DNA from: Callorhinchus milii
Taxonomy: Eukaryota
Reading direction: 5' to 3'
Assembly (NCBI RefSeq): GCF_018977255.1
Contig: NW_024704743.1
Location: forward strand, 14,324,001 to 14,388,000
DNA: 64,000 nucleotides
The first letter of the stretch is position 1. Each line of letters begins with the position of its first letter. A program made the position numbers and the translations under genes. Of this stretch, positions 13,246 to 26,400 are shown piece after piece. Below the pieces are notes generated by a model. It searched no databases and was not told the origin of the DNA. It saw only the letters and a program-made list of their open reading frames with translations.

Positions 13246-14928
13246 AATCAAAGTAACTGCATATTTGTTTGTGAACATAATAGCTAATTTGCACACGCGA
13301 AGGTCCCACAACCAGCCATGAAGTGAATGACTAATTTTATTTGGGGGATTGATGGCCAGGACAAAGGGAGAAACTCCTTTCTCTTTTTGAACAGTGTATG
13401 AGATCTTTGAACATCTATCTGAACAGGCAGCCGGGACCTTAATTTAACTTCTCATCTGAAGGAGGGCACCTCTGACAATGAAGCACTCTGTCAACAACGG
13501 AAGAAATTACAACCTACGAACAGGAGATGAGGTTGGTTTTGTTCAGGCATGATCATGTGGAGAAGATGCTTTCTCTGAGGAGGTACTTTCTGTGAAGAAG
13601 GTTCTTTCTGAATGCTGGCGCTCTGCAAAATGATGTTTTCAACAATTCTCACAGCTTCCATTTCAGTCATGATAAATAATATTAATAATCCTTATAGCGT
13701 CTTTCATGCCCAAAGTGCGTCCAAAAGCACTTTACAGGATTCGGTATACTGTGAAGTGGAGTGACTATGTATTTGTGGTGAATGCAACCAATTTTATTTG
13801 GAGGGTTGTTGATCAGACACCTGAAGAAACTCTCTTTTCAAATAGTGCCATGGGATCTGGTGGCCAACCAATGGCTCATGGGCCAGAAATACCATAAATC
13901 AAGAAAATTAATTTTGTTGGTCGACCAAAAAGATGGCCAACACTAGTTTAGACTATGTGAGTTCAAGTCCCAATGTGGGGCTTGAACCCACAACCGTCTG
14001 ATTCAGAGGTGAAAGTTCTACCACTGAGCTACACTGACACAAGTCATGCCCCCTTCTGTTGTCAAGATCTCCACAACTTACTTATGCTAGTTAAAAACAA
14101 CTACTGAATAAACGTTGCAGCATTTATTGCTTCGCTATCAATATGAGTTGCTGTTTGTGAGAACTCCTCCAGCCATGCAATATGTTATATCCTTAAATGC
14201 TCATGTAAGATGGTAGTCTCATCCCCAAAGTCTAAACATAGGCACAGATAAGAAGTTGCAATTAGGTCTGCACCTGCATTACTTCAATAGATGTAGACTG
14301 ATAAATTTAGGACTATGAGGCTGAGCACTTAAGGTAAAAGAAACTATTCACAATTGTAATTATTTTCCAAGCTGACAAGTGTGTGCCCAAGTTTGTATCC
14401 ATGCCTACAGCTAAGTTAAAAGCCATAAATAAATGTTGGTGTTAAAGCTGTTCAAAGGTACAGAAATCAACTAGTAAACTAAATGGCCAGTCATTCCAAG
14501 CAGTTAAGATGGTCTAATGGGTTTACCTTCTGTGTAGTTCAAAAAGTGGACTTTGGAATTTAGCAATGTACGTTTAGCACCTCTTCATTTATTGCATTCC
14601 CCAAATTACTCTATCAATCTTATTTAATTTTAGTATAAAGTACTGGATGGAAATTCGATCCCATGATGTTGAACATTCCCAAGAAAGGCTGCCAAAAATT
14701 ATTTATATTCAACCTTAATTTAGCAAATTTCCCTCTGAAAGTAAATTTCTATGGTTGAAAACCAACCTCTTTGTCAATTCCATGCAGAAATTGGCCTAAG
14801 CATTAGTATGTCAGTATCCTATGCATTTCGCCCACAATATATAGTCAATCCACTTTACAGTATATACTGTGAAACGCTTTGAGACGTTTCAAGTGCAAGG
14901 ATTATTGTTATTATTATGAGTAAAGTTA

Positions 14929-15332
14929 TGAGTGCCGAGCTTTTTGAGTCATAGAAAATGACCATCTGAAGCCAGAAATGTATATGTTTATAACTTTGTG
15001 GTCAGTTTTGTCATAATTTTAAGATTTTGATGATTCTTAAATTCAGGCTGTTGAGTCATATATTATAATTGTAACCTGGTATCACAGTTGTAACCTTAAG
15101 ACTAAAATTTTACGTTTGTGCCGAATTTGGGGAAATCATCCAAAAACCAGCCTGAACCAGTTTGGAAGCTGTTTTTCACGCAGCCCAGTTTAAGAACTAA
15201 CTCCCAAATTAAGACTGAATTTAAGAATCTTCAAAATCTTAAAATTATGACAAAACTGACCACAAAGTTATAAACATATACATTTCTGGCTTCAGATGGT
15301 CATTTTCTATGACTCAAAAAGCTCGGCACTCA
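14929..15332. repeat. Inverted repeat, 118-bp arms with a 168-bp spacer
   Basis: 14929-15046 is the reverse complement of 15215-15332 with one mismatch seen. Confidence 0.95.
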
Positions 15333-15681
15333 CCGCCCATAGCTGAAAGCTATTTAAAAACTATTTGGTACCTTTGGCTTTAAATTCTTGACCCATAGTG
15401 TATTTGGAGAGTAAGATTTTATTTTCTATCAACATTCAGCTCAGTTTAGTTCCCTGAAGGGAACAGCATCTTTTCATAGAGATGTATCAGGGCCGGGAAC
15501 ACAGGAGCGTGGGAGAAAACAAACCCACTATGGTGGAGTGTATGACTGCTCTAAATTGAAACCATTCATTTTCATCCTACTCTATTTCTAGTTGCTTGGA
15601 TAAATTGCATGATGATTTAGTACAAACAAAAACATTTACAAAACTCGAGGCCTGAATGTCTCATGCGTTTAGGCTTAAGAC

Positions 15682-15855
15682 CATTGTCTTAATGTTTAAG
15701 ATCATGTGAAATTTTGCAAGAGTCGTAGATCCAGAAGTCGATTTGCATCATTCTTTTATAGGGGATCACAGAAAAACTGCATCCAAGTAAAGACTGAATT
15801 TTGAATTGGAAATTGTGTAAAATTTTGGAAAACAATCTTAAATCTTAAGACAATG
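15682..15855. mobile_element. MITE-like element with 21-bp imperfect terminal inverted repeats
   Basis: CATTGTCTTAATGTTTAAGAT ... ATCTTAAATCTTAAGACAATG (19/21); related ends at ~16898 and ~48449. Confidence 0.55.
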
Positions 15856-17432
15856 AACAGAATGATTTCCTCTTTCCTAAAATTTTAATGAAGATTTTAA
15901 AGATATATTGTTTCATTTGGGTCAAAACAATTATTTTTTATACATAATAACAATTCTTGAATTTGATATAAGACCTTATCAAGTCTTTGAGACATCTCAA
16001 AGCGCTTCACAGAATATACTGTAAAGTGAATTGACTGTATATTTTGTAGACAAAACACGGCAGCCAATTGTGCACATCAGTGACCCACAAACAGCTGTGG
16101 ATAGAGTGACCAAGTTATTACATTATCATTTTTTAAAACGTCTTTGCAACCTCCATTTGTCAACTGAATTGAATTCCATTGCCACTAACTTTTAAAAAAT
16201 CCAGAAAAGGTGAAAGTATTCAAGATAAACCCAGTGACAAGTTGATTTTCTGGCAAATTTGGATCACATTATATTTATGTAACCAAGTATTTAGCAAGAA
16301 AACAATTAGGAGATTTACTTGGGAGGTACAATAAATGATATTGACTACTGTGCTAAATACTAGGCTTATATGCTGACTTTGTGTCAGGTTTCAGCCAGAG
16401 GCCATAACATGTCACAATATAATGCAACAGAGGCAGAAGATTAGATGTCAGTGCATATGGTGCTGGCTGTGCACTGAAAAAGACCTTAAGTCTTAGCTAG
16501 ATTAGCATCCAGGGCAATTCCAATGCAATCCACCCTGCGATGGAGATGAACTGCTCTGTGTACATTATTCCAGTTGTAATAAAGCAGCCAGATAAGGTTG
16601 TGAGCAATCCGGATTCAATGTTGGTGCAGCTATGTTTATGCTCTTTGTGTTGTAATGTGCACAAGGACACAAGAACATGATTTTCCTACAGCTATGACAT
16701 TGATGAAGCAGCTGTTTTATTCTGTTATTACACTGAAAGAATGTTTATACTGCCACTATTTCAGCTAAAACTGGCACTGAAACCATGCTTGGAGTGGTTT
16801 TAGGATTAAAATAATATTTTGTCAGACTTCATGCTTGACCTCTTGAAGATTTTGGCAACTAATTTGTTAAGCCAAGGAGCCAGATCATAGTCTTAGCCTT
16901 AAGACCATTGTCTTAAAGATCATACAGAAATGTAATATCAAAGCTCTTAAAAAGAGCTGTGGAAAATCAGCTACTAATTTAAAATTAAATTTAAACATTT
17001 TCCAAAATTCCATGTGACCCTAAGTTTTCCAACAAGGGGTTTGAGGTTAATACCATGAGGAATTTCAGAGCTTAGTTTCTCTGGCTAAGGAGTAATGACC
17101 AACTAAGACTGATTTTGCTATTGCAGACTGCATGATGCTTCTGACCTCTCTCTGTGAAAAACAGCCAAGTCTTCAACTGTGCTTCACTTCACCTACTATA
17201 ACTGGCTATGAGCGACAGTGATTCACAAATGGACTTGGTATAATCTACAATAATCTGTTTGACTGTGCTGCCATTGCAAAAACAAAACAAGTTATGAACC
17301 AGTCATTTTTTTCCAAATGGGGAAAGTGGATTACAGAATCATTTTATCCACACCATGACAGCACACTAACAGTCAGCGTATTCTGAAGTGAATCCTGTTT
17401 TCTTAGATTTTTGGCGGTATTTGTCCCCTTTA

Positions 17433-17789
17433 TTAATAATACTTGATAATAATCCTTGAATTTATATAGTATTTTATCATGTCATTGAGACATCTCAAAG
17501 CGCTTCACAGAACATACTGTAAAGTGAACTGACTGTATATTTTGTGGGTGAAACACGACAGCCAATTGTACATAGCAGTGTCCCACAAACAGTCGCGGAT
17601 TGACTGACCAAATTATTATTTTTTCTTTGAAAGGATCTACTGATCAACTAACATCCAGGTTCCTACTTACTGGTAGGTAAACAGAGCTGTGTGGAATAAG
17701 GAAATTTCCTTAAGGTTTCGCCTCACCCGGATTCAAACCCAGGTCTTCGCTTGCAAGGCGAGCACGCAAACCACTACGCTATTGGGACT
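17433..17789 (-). mobile_element. SINE family A long variant
   Basis: Extra module ggttcctacttactggtaggtaaacagag; tRNA head at ~17720-17789. Confidence 0.85.
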
Positions 17790-18845
17790 ATTATTAGCAA
17801 AAAGAGAAGCGCATAGAATCGGAGGTAATCTTGTGACGTGGCTTTGCAATTGGTTGGGAGGCAGAAAACAGAGGATAGGGATTAAGGAAACATTCTCTGA
17901 TTGGGGGGACTTGACAAGTGGTGTCCCCCAGGGGTCTGTACTGGGACCTCAGCTTTTTGCCATATACATAAATGACATGGATGAAGAAATAGAAAGTTTT
18001 ATATCCAAGTTTGCGGATGACACTAAGATAAGAGGCTCAGCAAGTAGTGAAGATGGGAGTAGGAAGTTACAGAGGTAGGAAGTCATCCACTATGGACCGA
18101 AAAAAGATAGGGCAGAATACTTTCTTAATGGGGAGAAATTAAGAGCTGTGCAAGAGCAAAAAGATTTGGGTGTCTATATCCACAAATCACTAAAAACTAG
18201 TTCCCAGGTGCAAAATCAAAAAGGCAAATGGTATGTTGGATTTTATCTCGAGAGGCCTGGAATACAAAGGGGAAGATACGATGCTTCAGCTGTACAGAGC
18301 TTTAGTCAGACCCTACCTGGAGTACTGCGTTCAGTTTTGGGCACCACACCACAGGAAAGATATATTGGGTGCAGAGCAGGTTCACCAGAATGTTACCAGG
18401 CCAAAAAGGGTTAAGTTACGAGGAAAGGCTGCGTAAACTTGGATTGTATTCCCTCAAGTTTAGAAGATTGAGGTTTTTAGGATGATAAAGGGATTTGATA
18501 GGGTAGATGCAGAAAAACTATTTCCTATGTTGGGGGAATGCAAAACAAGGGGCATAGTCTTAAAATTAGAACCAGACCATTTAAGAGTGAAATTAGGAAG
18601 CATTTTTTCACTCAAAAGGTGGTAGAAATCTGGAACTCTCTCCCCCAAAAGGTGGTGGATGCTGGATCCATCCACACATTCAAGAAAGAGATTGACAGAT
18701 TTTTGGTAGGTCGCGGTATTAAGGGATACGGGGAGAAAGCAAAAAAAATTGGATTTGAAATTCTAGTAAAGATATAGATCAGCCATAATCTAATTAAATG
18801 GCGGAACAGGCTCAACAGGCTGAATGGCCTACTCCTGTTCCTAGG
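17790..18845 (+). mobile_element. CR1 LINE 3' fragment (RT core and 3' UTR)
   Basis: GVPQGSVLGP, FADDTK, LEYCVQFWAP motifs; ggctgaatggcctactcctgttcct tail. Confidence 0.93.
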
Positions 18846-19337
18846 TGTATTTCTCCTTTTTTTTCTGTGTATTTGTAGAATTCAGTAGCTAGGCACTGAA
18901 TTAAATCTGTGTATATACTCACCCTCTGTACTCTGAATGGTTAAAACTCAGCCTTAACACTGAAGACTCAAAACTGTTTGCCCATTGCAGGCTGCCTGAG
19001 GCTTTTCTATGCTAAGGAAATGGAAGCTAGCTTAGGCAAACGCAGTAGCCAATCTGTGCCTACAACATCCCACAAACAGCTCTGGGATAAGTAGTCAAAT
19101 TAATTACATTTTTAGGGTGGATTTGGACCAGCTAGAAATATTGGCCAGGAGGCAATACATTTCCATTATAACTTATAGGGGAGTAAAGATCATTCCAAGG
19201 GAGGGTAATAACATCTACTAACAACTGCTTCAGATGTTCCCAATGAGCTTCTTGTGCAACACGAATCATTAAATGAATTTCAAATGAATGACTTTACACT
19301 TATTTAAACATAGGACTGACAGAAAGAGATTTCTTAC

Positions 19338-19611
19338 CAACGATCATATGGTTGCAGGTATCACAGAAAGTTGGTTTCTTGAAGATGTATTCCTGGAAGG
19401 AATGCGTCCTGTTCTCAGATTGCCTTTGGGTTTTGGTTGGGGTGGATGTCTGACTCTCTGAGCCTGGGAGCTGTCCGGTGCTGGAGCTAACTCCAGGCAG
19501 TAGTTCCACCTGAAGCTTTGTCTCGCTGCCCGTTCGATGAAAGAAATTATCAGCGCTTTTACTCCTCAGACTCTTTGTCTTGAACGACAGCGATCGCTTC
19601 AGTTTCTGCAG
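19338..19611 (-). CDS. STAC: STAC coding exon 2 (LQKLKRSLSFKTKSLRSKSADNFF...HSFQEYIFKKPTFCDTCNHMIV), start of C1 domain
   Basis: ttacag|CTG acceptor and G|GTAAGA donor, 274 nt. LQKLKRSLSFKTKSLRSKSADNFF matches STAC1 as recalled, rather than STAC2/3. Confidence 0.96.
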
Positions 19612-20564
19612 CTGTAATTGAATGGAAATGATGTTTAAGCGGATGGGAGACATGGCAATGATGAGCCTAATTATTGCCAGACAAATATCTTGGCTCGGCA
19701 CAAATATCTTGTGCCGTGGTGCTGCCGTATCCCAGATCTGCAGCCGAGTGTGTGACAGAGTGTACAGAAAAACCTTACCTAAGTTTATTTTGAAACAATA
19801 TCCTTGGAAAATATGAAGGAGATCAGATTCCTGGCCTTTCATTGTTTGTGCATAATCAACATAGCGCTGCTGGAAGCCAGTGTATTGACAGACAGATATG
19901 CTGTACTTGTTTAAAAATTTATTCTTCAACTCCTTTGGCTGTGGCCACTGAGCCATAGACCCATCAGGATTCAGGTTTGATCATTGGTTCATGGGGAGTT
20001 CAGAAGGGCACCTTGAATGTAACACTAGTTAAAATATATCTACTTGTCAAATAGCAATACATAGCCCAGCAGCCTGTTTGTCTTTATGGCTGCCTTGCAT
20101 TGTTTGCCATTGTGAGAGACGAGTCATCTAACACCCTTAAGTCTCTTTCAACTTCTTCCTCAACATGTTCTATGCCATCCTAGGAGTATAAGTGCCTCCT
20201 ACATTTTCTTTGTATGTGTAGTACAGTAAACACACACCTTAAGGCCACCCACCAATGTTGTCTTTTTGTTGTCTTTTTCATTTCACCATTGCAGTAATAA
20301 TAATCTTTACATTTGATGTAGTAACTTTCATGTCAGCTGGATGTCTCAAATGCTTCACAGGATATACTGTAAAGAATAATATATATTTTATAGTCGAATG
20401 TGGCAGCCAATTTACACACAGCAAACAGTTATCACTGAATGACCAATTTTATTTGGGGGACTGTTTGTCAGGAGAAACTCTTCTCAAATAGTTGCCATGG
20501 GATCTTTAACGTCCACCTGACCAGGTAGACCGGACCTCAGTTTTACATGGCATCTGAAAACAGC

Positions 20565-21640
20565 TAGGATTGGTGTGATGGGGGTACGGGGAGGTTGAGG
20601 AGTTCAGACTCGCAGGTGAGAAGATGTTGATGGGAGCCAAAGAGTATGGCTTCCGTCTTGCTGACATTCAACTGCAGGAAGTTTGCGCTCATCCAGGCTC
20701 TTGATGGCTGTCAAACAAGCTGACTGGATATTCGGGGACTGGGAATCGCAGCTGGAGGAGGAGAAGTAGATATGGGTATCATCCGCATAATTGTGGAAGT
20801 TTACTCTGTCCCATGTCTGAAGATGACATCATCAAGTGGGAGCATATAGATGAGGAAAAGGAGGGGCCAAGGATGGAGCCTTGGGGTACCCCACAGGTGA
20901 CCGGGCTGAGCGGGAGGAAAAACCATTGGCCAAGATAAAGTGCTGGCGATCGTTTAAGCAGGACTCGAATCATGCGAGTGCGGTCCCACTAAGGTGGATG
21001 AGGGAGGAGAGGCAGTGGAGGAGGATGGCGTAGTCGACTGTCGAACACAACAGACAAATCCAGAGGACGGCCAGGTGGTTGCGATCTATAATAATAATAA
21101 TAATAATATTCCTTGCATTTGATATAGCACTTTTCACGTCGGGAGGACGTCCCAAAGCACTTCACAGAACACACTGTAAAGTGAATTGACTGTATATTTG
21201 TGGGCGAACACGGCAGCCAATTGCGCATAGCAATGTCCCACAAACAGTCGTAGATTGAAAATGACCAATTTATTATTGTTTTGGGATTTGGAGGGATTAT
21301 TATTAGGCGTGTGGAGTAAGGAAACTTGCCCAAGGTTTCACCCTGCCTGGAATATCTATCTTGGAGACATAGAAATCCAAGACCTCTTTGCACTTGGCAT
21401 TTGATGTTAGGATTGAGGGTGCTTGATGGGGCGCTGAGGTGGTGGGGAATAGGATTTTGGAGTTGTTTTTGGCCTCCAGAATGAACCTGCGAGTAGATTA
21501 CAGTTTTGGCTTGCGAGAGGGAGTGGGGGTAGGTATGGAGATGCTCGAACAACACCTGGCGGTGAACCGTGGTACTGGTTTTGTGCCATTTGTGATCGAG
21601 CAACCGAATTTGGGATTTTATGGAATACATAAAAAGTCGG
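20565..21640 (-). mobile_element. L2 LINE RT fragment interrupted by a SINE at ~21090-21353
   Basis: GVPQGSILGP and tatgcggatgatacc (YADDT) on the minus strand. Confidence 0.85.
21090..21353 (-). mobile_element. SINE family A, 5'-truncated, inside L2
   Basis: Same body; flanked by ATCTAT at 21084-89 and 21354-59. Confidence 0.9.
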
Positions 21641-21769
21641 TTGTTACGTGCAGGTATTGTACTCAGTAGCTAGAGCTGTTAATGTAAGCACATGGTCAAT
21701 ATTGCCTTATATAAAACATTGCATTGACTATTTATGCATGCCTTATATGCACATTTTCTTTTATGACCC

Positions 21770-23405
21770 CTTCAATTGGGTTTCTGTGCCACCTGCAGCA
21801 CAGAAACAGCTTTGGTCAAAGTGACAAATTTGTCGATCTGCCACCGGGGCTCTCTCTGCCTCCTCGTCCTCCTTGACCTCTCTGCTGCCTTGGATACCAT
21901 TGACCACTGTATCCTCCTCCATTTCCTCTCCTCTCACCTCAATCTTCATGGTTCTGTCCTTGAATGGTTCAGATCCTATCTTTCACACCGTCTCTACTTC
22001 ATCTCCACAAACAACAACTTCTCTAGCCCTGCACCATCTCATGCGGATTTCCTCAGGGCTCTGTCCTTGGTACCCTCCTCTACGATATCTATATGCTCCC
22101 TCTTGGTGACATCATCTGCAGACATGGGGTCAACTTCCACATGTATGGGGATGACACCCAACTCTATCTCTCTGACTCCACCCTCAACTCCATGACCACT
22201 GCTGTCCTGATAGAATGTCTGTCAGACGTCAAGTCCTGAATGAGAGCTAAATGCTAGTTATAATAATAATAATAATAATCCTTGCATTTGATATAGCGCT
22301 TTTCACATCGGGGGGACATCCCAAAGCGCTTCACAGAACACACTGTAAAGTGAATTGACTGTATATTTTTGTGGGCGAACGCGGCAGCAATGTCCCACAA
22401 ACAGTCGTGGATTGAAAATGACCAATTTATTATTGTTTTGTTTTGGAGGGATTATTATTAGGCGTGTGGAGTAAGGAAACTTGCCCAAGGTTTCGCCCTG
22501 CCTGGAATTGAACTCAGGTCTTTCACTTGCAAAGCGAGTGCTCTAACCACTGAGCTACAGGACTCCAGTTGAACGTCAATAAGACGGAGGCTCTCCTGAT
22601 TGGCTCCCATCAGCGCCTCCACACCTCAGGCGCTGATAGTATCACCATCCATGGTTGTATACTCCACCTCAGTAAGCCAGTCCGGAATCTTGGAGTTTTG
22701 TTTGACCCTCAACTATCCTTTCTACCCACATCCGTGCCATGACCCGCTCTGCCTTTCCCCACCTCCGCAACATCGCCTAGCTCTGCTGTCTCACACCGCA
22801 GGCCGCCGAGACCCTCATGCACGCACTCATAACATCCAGGCTTGGCTATGCAAACTCTCTGCATGTCAGCCTCCCCAACTCCTCCCTCCATAGGCTACAG
22901 ATCATCCAGAACTCTGCAGTCTATGTCTTCTCCAGAGCAAGACGCCACAAACCTATCACCCCCATCCTTGCCCGACTCTATTGGCTTCCCATCACAGAGA
23001 ATACAGTTCAAGATCCTGGTTCTCACCTTCAAAGCCATCCAAAGGCTTGCTCTCCCCTACCCCTTAGACCTCCTAAACCCCTACAACCTGCCTGCTCTCT
23101 CCACTCAGTATGCTCCGGCCTGCCTCACATCCCCCACCTCGCTCGCCCCATCATTGGCAGGCGGGCCTTCAGCCACTCTGGCCCCACCCTCTGGAACTCC
23201 ATCCTGCAGTCCCTCCACTCTGCCCCCTCCCTTGCCTCCATCAAGACCTGTCTCAAGACTCTCCTCTTCAACCATGCCTTCGGTCACCCTCCTTCCCCGC
23301 CTGCCCTCCACCCTCCCCGAACACAACCTCCAGCTCGGGTCTAGCACTTTGGGGTGTCCTCCCAACATGAAAGGTGCTTTACAAATGTAATGTTGTTATT
23401 GTTAT
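21770..23405 (+). mobile_element. L2 LINE (RT to 3' tail) interrupted by a SINE at 22258-22566
   Basis: STETALVKVTN, LVLLDLSAALDTIDH, LQIIQNSA, RLYWLPI; tail tgttgttattg. Confidence 0.93.
22258..22566 (-). mobile_element. SINE family A, full length, inside L2
   Basis: Same sequence family; the L2 resumes on both sides. Confidence 0.93.
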
Positions 23406-26400
23406 TTTCTAAGTTTGCCTGCAAAATATACAGTCACTACACTTTATAATAAATCTTGTGAAGGATCCTCCTGATGTGAAAGGTGCTATATCAAATGCAA
23501 GGATTATTACTGATTAGTTAGTCCACTAAATTTATTGATCCTTTCATGCAAACATTTCAGAGTAAATTTCATGCAGACTTTCCACTCTACTCTTTGTTAA
23601 ATTTTATGCCGGTATGGTATTTATTACCCATTAAATTTGAAAATTGTTGAACTGTTTCGTAAAACAGGCATGAATATATCAGCTCTTTATTTTTAATCTC
23701 TGCATACCTATGTTATTTTATTAATCACGGTCTATTTTGTCACAACCACCTTACTATAAATTATCCACATTACTATTGGTGGTGGTCACACAGTATTAAA
23801 CATTTCTAAAGCTGCCTGTGTGGAACTAGTATTACGTAGTGACATTTTGTGTGACATTTGCCAAATGTCACACAACCCATTCATTTTCTGCATTTCCAGC
23901 ACATTTATGCCATTTTATGCTTATTGACATTTACCAGCTAATTCAGATTGTTAAAATAACTACCAATTCATTTTAAGTGGCAAAATTGGCTCAATTTTCA
24001 GCATTACATTGGACAACAAGATAATGCTAAGTGGAATACTGACAAAACGCAGGCAGTTCTTAAATAAAACACATAAGCTGATGGCCACTACAATCTACTT
24101 AGTGGCCATCAAAATTTGAATCCCCATCCCCTAAATAAAATCTATGAACAATTAAGCGCTTGTCTTCATACACTGCATTATCACCTATGACTTCAGGAGA
24201 TTCCTGGCAACTCGTTGTAGCGCTCTCTTTACAGGATTCCCTTGAATAAAAGGTTTTGTGAACACTAGCAATCAATTCTCTGATGAACAGGTAGTTTCTT
24301 ACTTGTACAATATATATCAGACAATGGAGAATCTAATGATGAGATAATTGGATCAAGTGAAAATGATCTTTCACTGTATCAAGACAGGTTACTGGATAAA
24401 ACAGTTANTTTTTAATGAGTAACTTTCTTAAATTCATTGTTAGATCCATCAATGCAGTAATAATCACTGTAAAACGCATTGAGGCAGTAAGAAAGTGAAT
24501 CTTGTGAATAAAAGGTGACACAATACAATCTATGATTCTTGCTTTGGGAACAGCAATTGACACAAAATTGTAGCAAAATAAATTTGAAAATGTAATTTTA
24601 CCTTGGAATGCCTTAATTGAAATATTCAATGTACCTCTCCTCCATTAATTCCATGATACCAAAATCAACTTTACTTACTATTCGCACTCTCTCAAACTTA
24701 ATCTTAGTCTAAGTCTTTCACCTCTGCTTACACACTTGCCATCACCAACTGAGTTTTTTTATTGGAAGAGTTCATCTTTCTTTGCTTAACTCGTGCTTAA
24801 CTCACTCTGCTCTGGAGAACATTGTTTACTTTGTTGTGCTATAAGCCTGCTTTCATTTCAGGTAACACAATTCCTGAGAACGTCTCAATCTGTGAAATAG
24901 GCTTTTCCTCAGCATAAGATGCTGTCTTAGTCTTCGCTCAGTCGGTTTTATCATTCTCTCCTTGTTCTGACATTGTCCTACTTATGTCGCAAAATAAATC
25001 AAAACCCAATCCTATTACACTACCAAGTGAGCTAAATTTAATCTCCTATCTTTCCCATTGCGGTTGTGCCAATTAGACAGTTGCATGGTAAAATTGAGCC
25101 CTGGTTTATATAGGTTAATAACCTTACCTTAACTGTTACCTAGTTGTTTAGCGTAACCCCAACTTTCAGTTGGAATATAGATGGGCTTCATTCCGGTGAA
25201 GCTGGATCAGTCTTTGCTGGTACTCTTACCTTCCTAACTCTAACAAGACAAGTCATGGCTAACTATTCTAGACAAAGTGGACTGCTTTCACTGCTTATGG
25301 AGGTGGAGCATCTTCCTGTCCGCAGTTTGGGCACGCATCCCTTCCTATTGTGCGATAGTTTCACCAGTAAGCAACAGCTGCTTACCCTCTGTTTTATTTG
25401 GGTGCAGGAGAAACTCCCTTTTCTTTTCCAGTAGTGCCATAGGAACTTTAACATCCACCTGAACGGGCAAACAAGACTTCAGTTTAAAGTCTCATCTGAA
25501 GGTTAGCACAGCCAACAACACAGCACACCGCCAGCCTGTATTGGAGTGTCAGCCTAGAGTATGATTTTCAAATCCTGATGTGGGACTTGAAACCACAACC
25601 TTCTGACTCGGAGGTGAGAGGGCTACCGACTGAGCCAGCCTGACACATAAGGATTAAACAAGATTCACATTTTCTTGAGTTGAGGGACAGCATAAATAAT
25701 ATGGTGCAATCCAAGCTACATGGTACTTGCCATAAAATGAAGATAAAGCAAGAAAGGACAATGATTGGCTTTAATGATCTGTCTATTTCTCTTTTATCTA
25801 TGACCACTGATGACCTAGATTGATGGAGACAGATTTGGAGGAGTTGCTGAGCGTGACTGTAGTGTGAAGGAAGTGAATCATCATCAGTAAACACTATCAT
25901 TAACTCAGAGTGCTTCAACGATCATGGCATTTCAATCCTAAATGCTAATTTAGCTTTCTCACACTATCTAACACAGCAAACGCTCCAATCCAGTTTCCAA
26001 GTGATGTCCTCTATCAAGATGCACAAGCTAATAATATTTCTTGAGCAAATAATAGATTTCTAACAGGGATATTTACACTGAGTCCTATTCAAAGTGTACC
26101 TACATTGAGCACCTGTGGGGATACAGAAGTGACAAATAGCGAGTTTTCATTTTGAGTCCTGGCATACAAATGAATGATGGCAATAATAAAATAATAATAA
26201 TCCTTCCATTTGATATGAAGGCCTCAAAGCACTTTACAGTTTTCTGCGGAGTGCTGTGACTGTGTATTTGCAAGTGAATATGTACATCGATTTGCACACA
26301 GCAATGTACCACAAACAGTCATGAAGTGAATGGCCATTTTTACCTGGAGTATTTTTTACCCGGACACCAGGAAAATCTCCTATCTCTCTTTACATAATGC

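Noticed and set aside
17689..18078. 129-aa ORF with RT motifs as a novel fusion protein
   Set aside because: Chance read-through from an antisense SINE head into a truncated CR1.
19300..19956. 218-aa ORF as a single-exon gene
   Set aside because: Only 19338-19611 resembles STAC and it is bounded by splice sites; the rest is intronic read-through.
24408..24408. Ambiguous base N (another at 37963)
   Set aside because: Both sit beside poly-T runs; a sequencing/assembly ambiguity, not biology.
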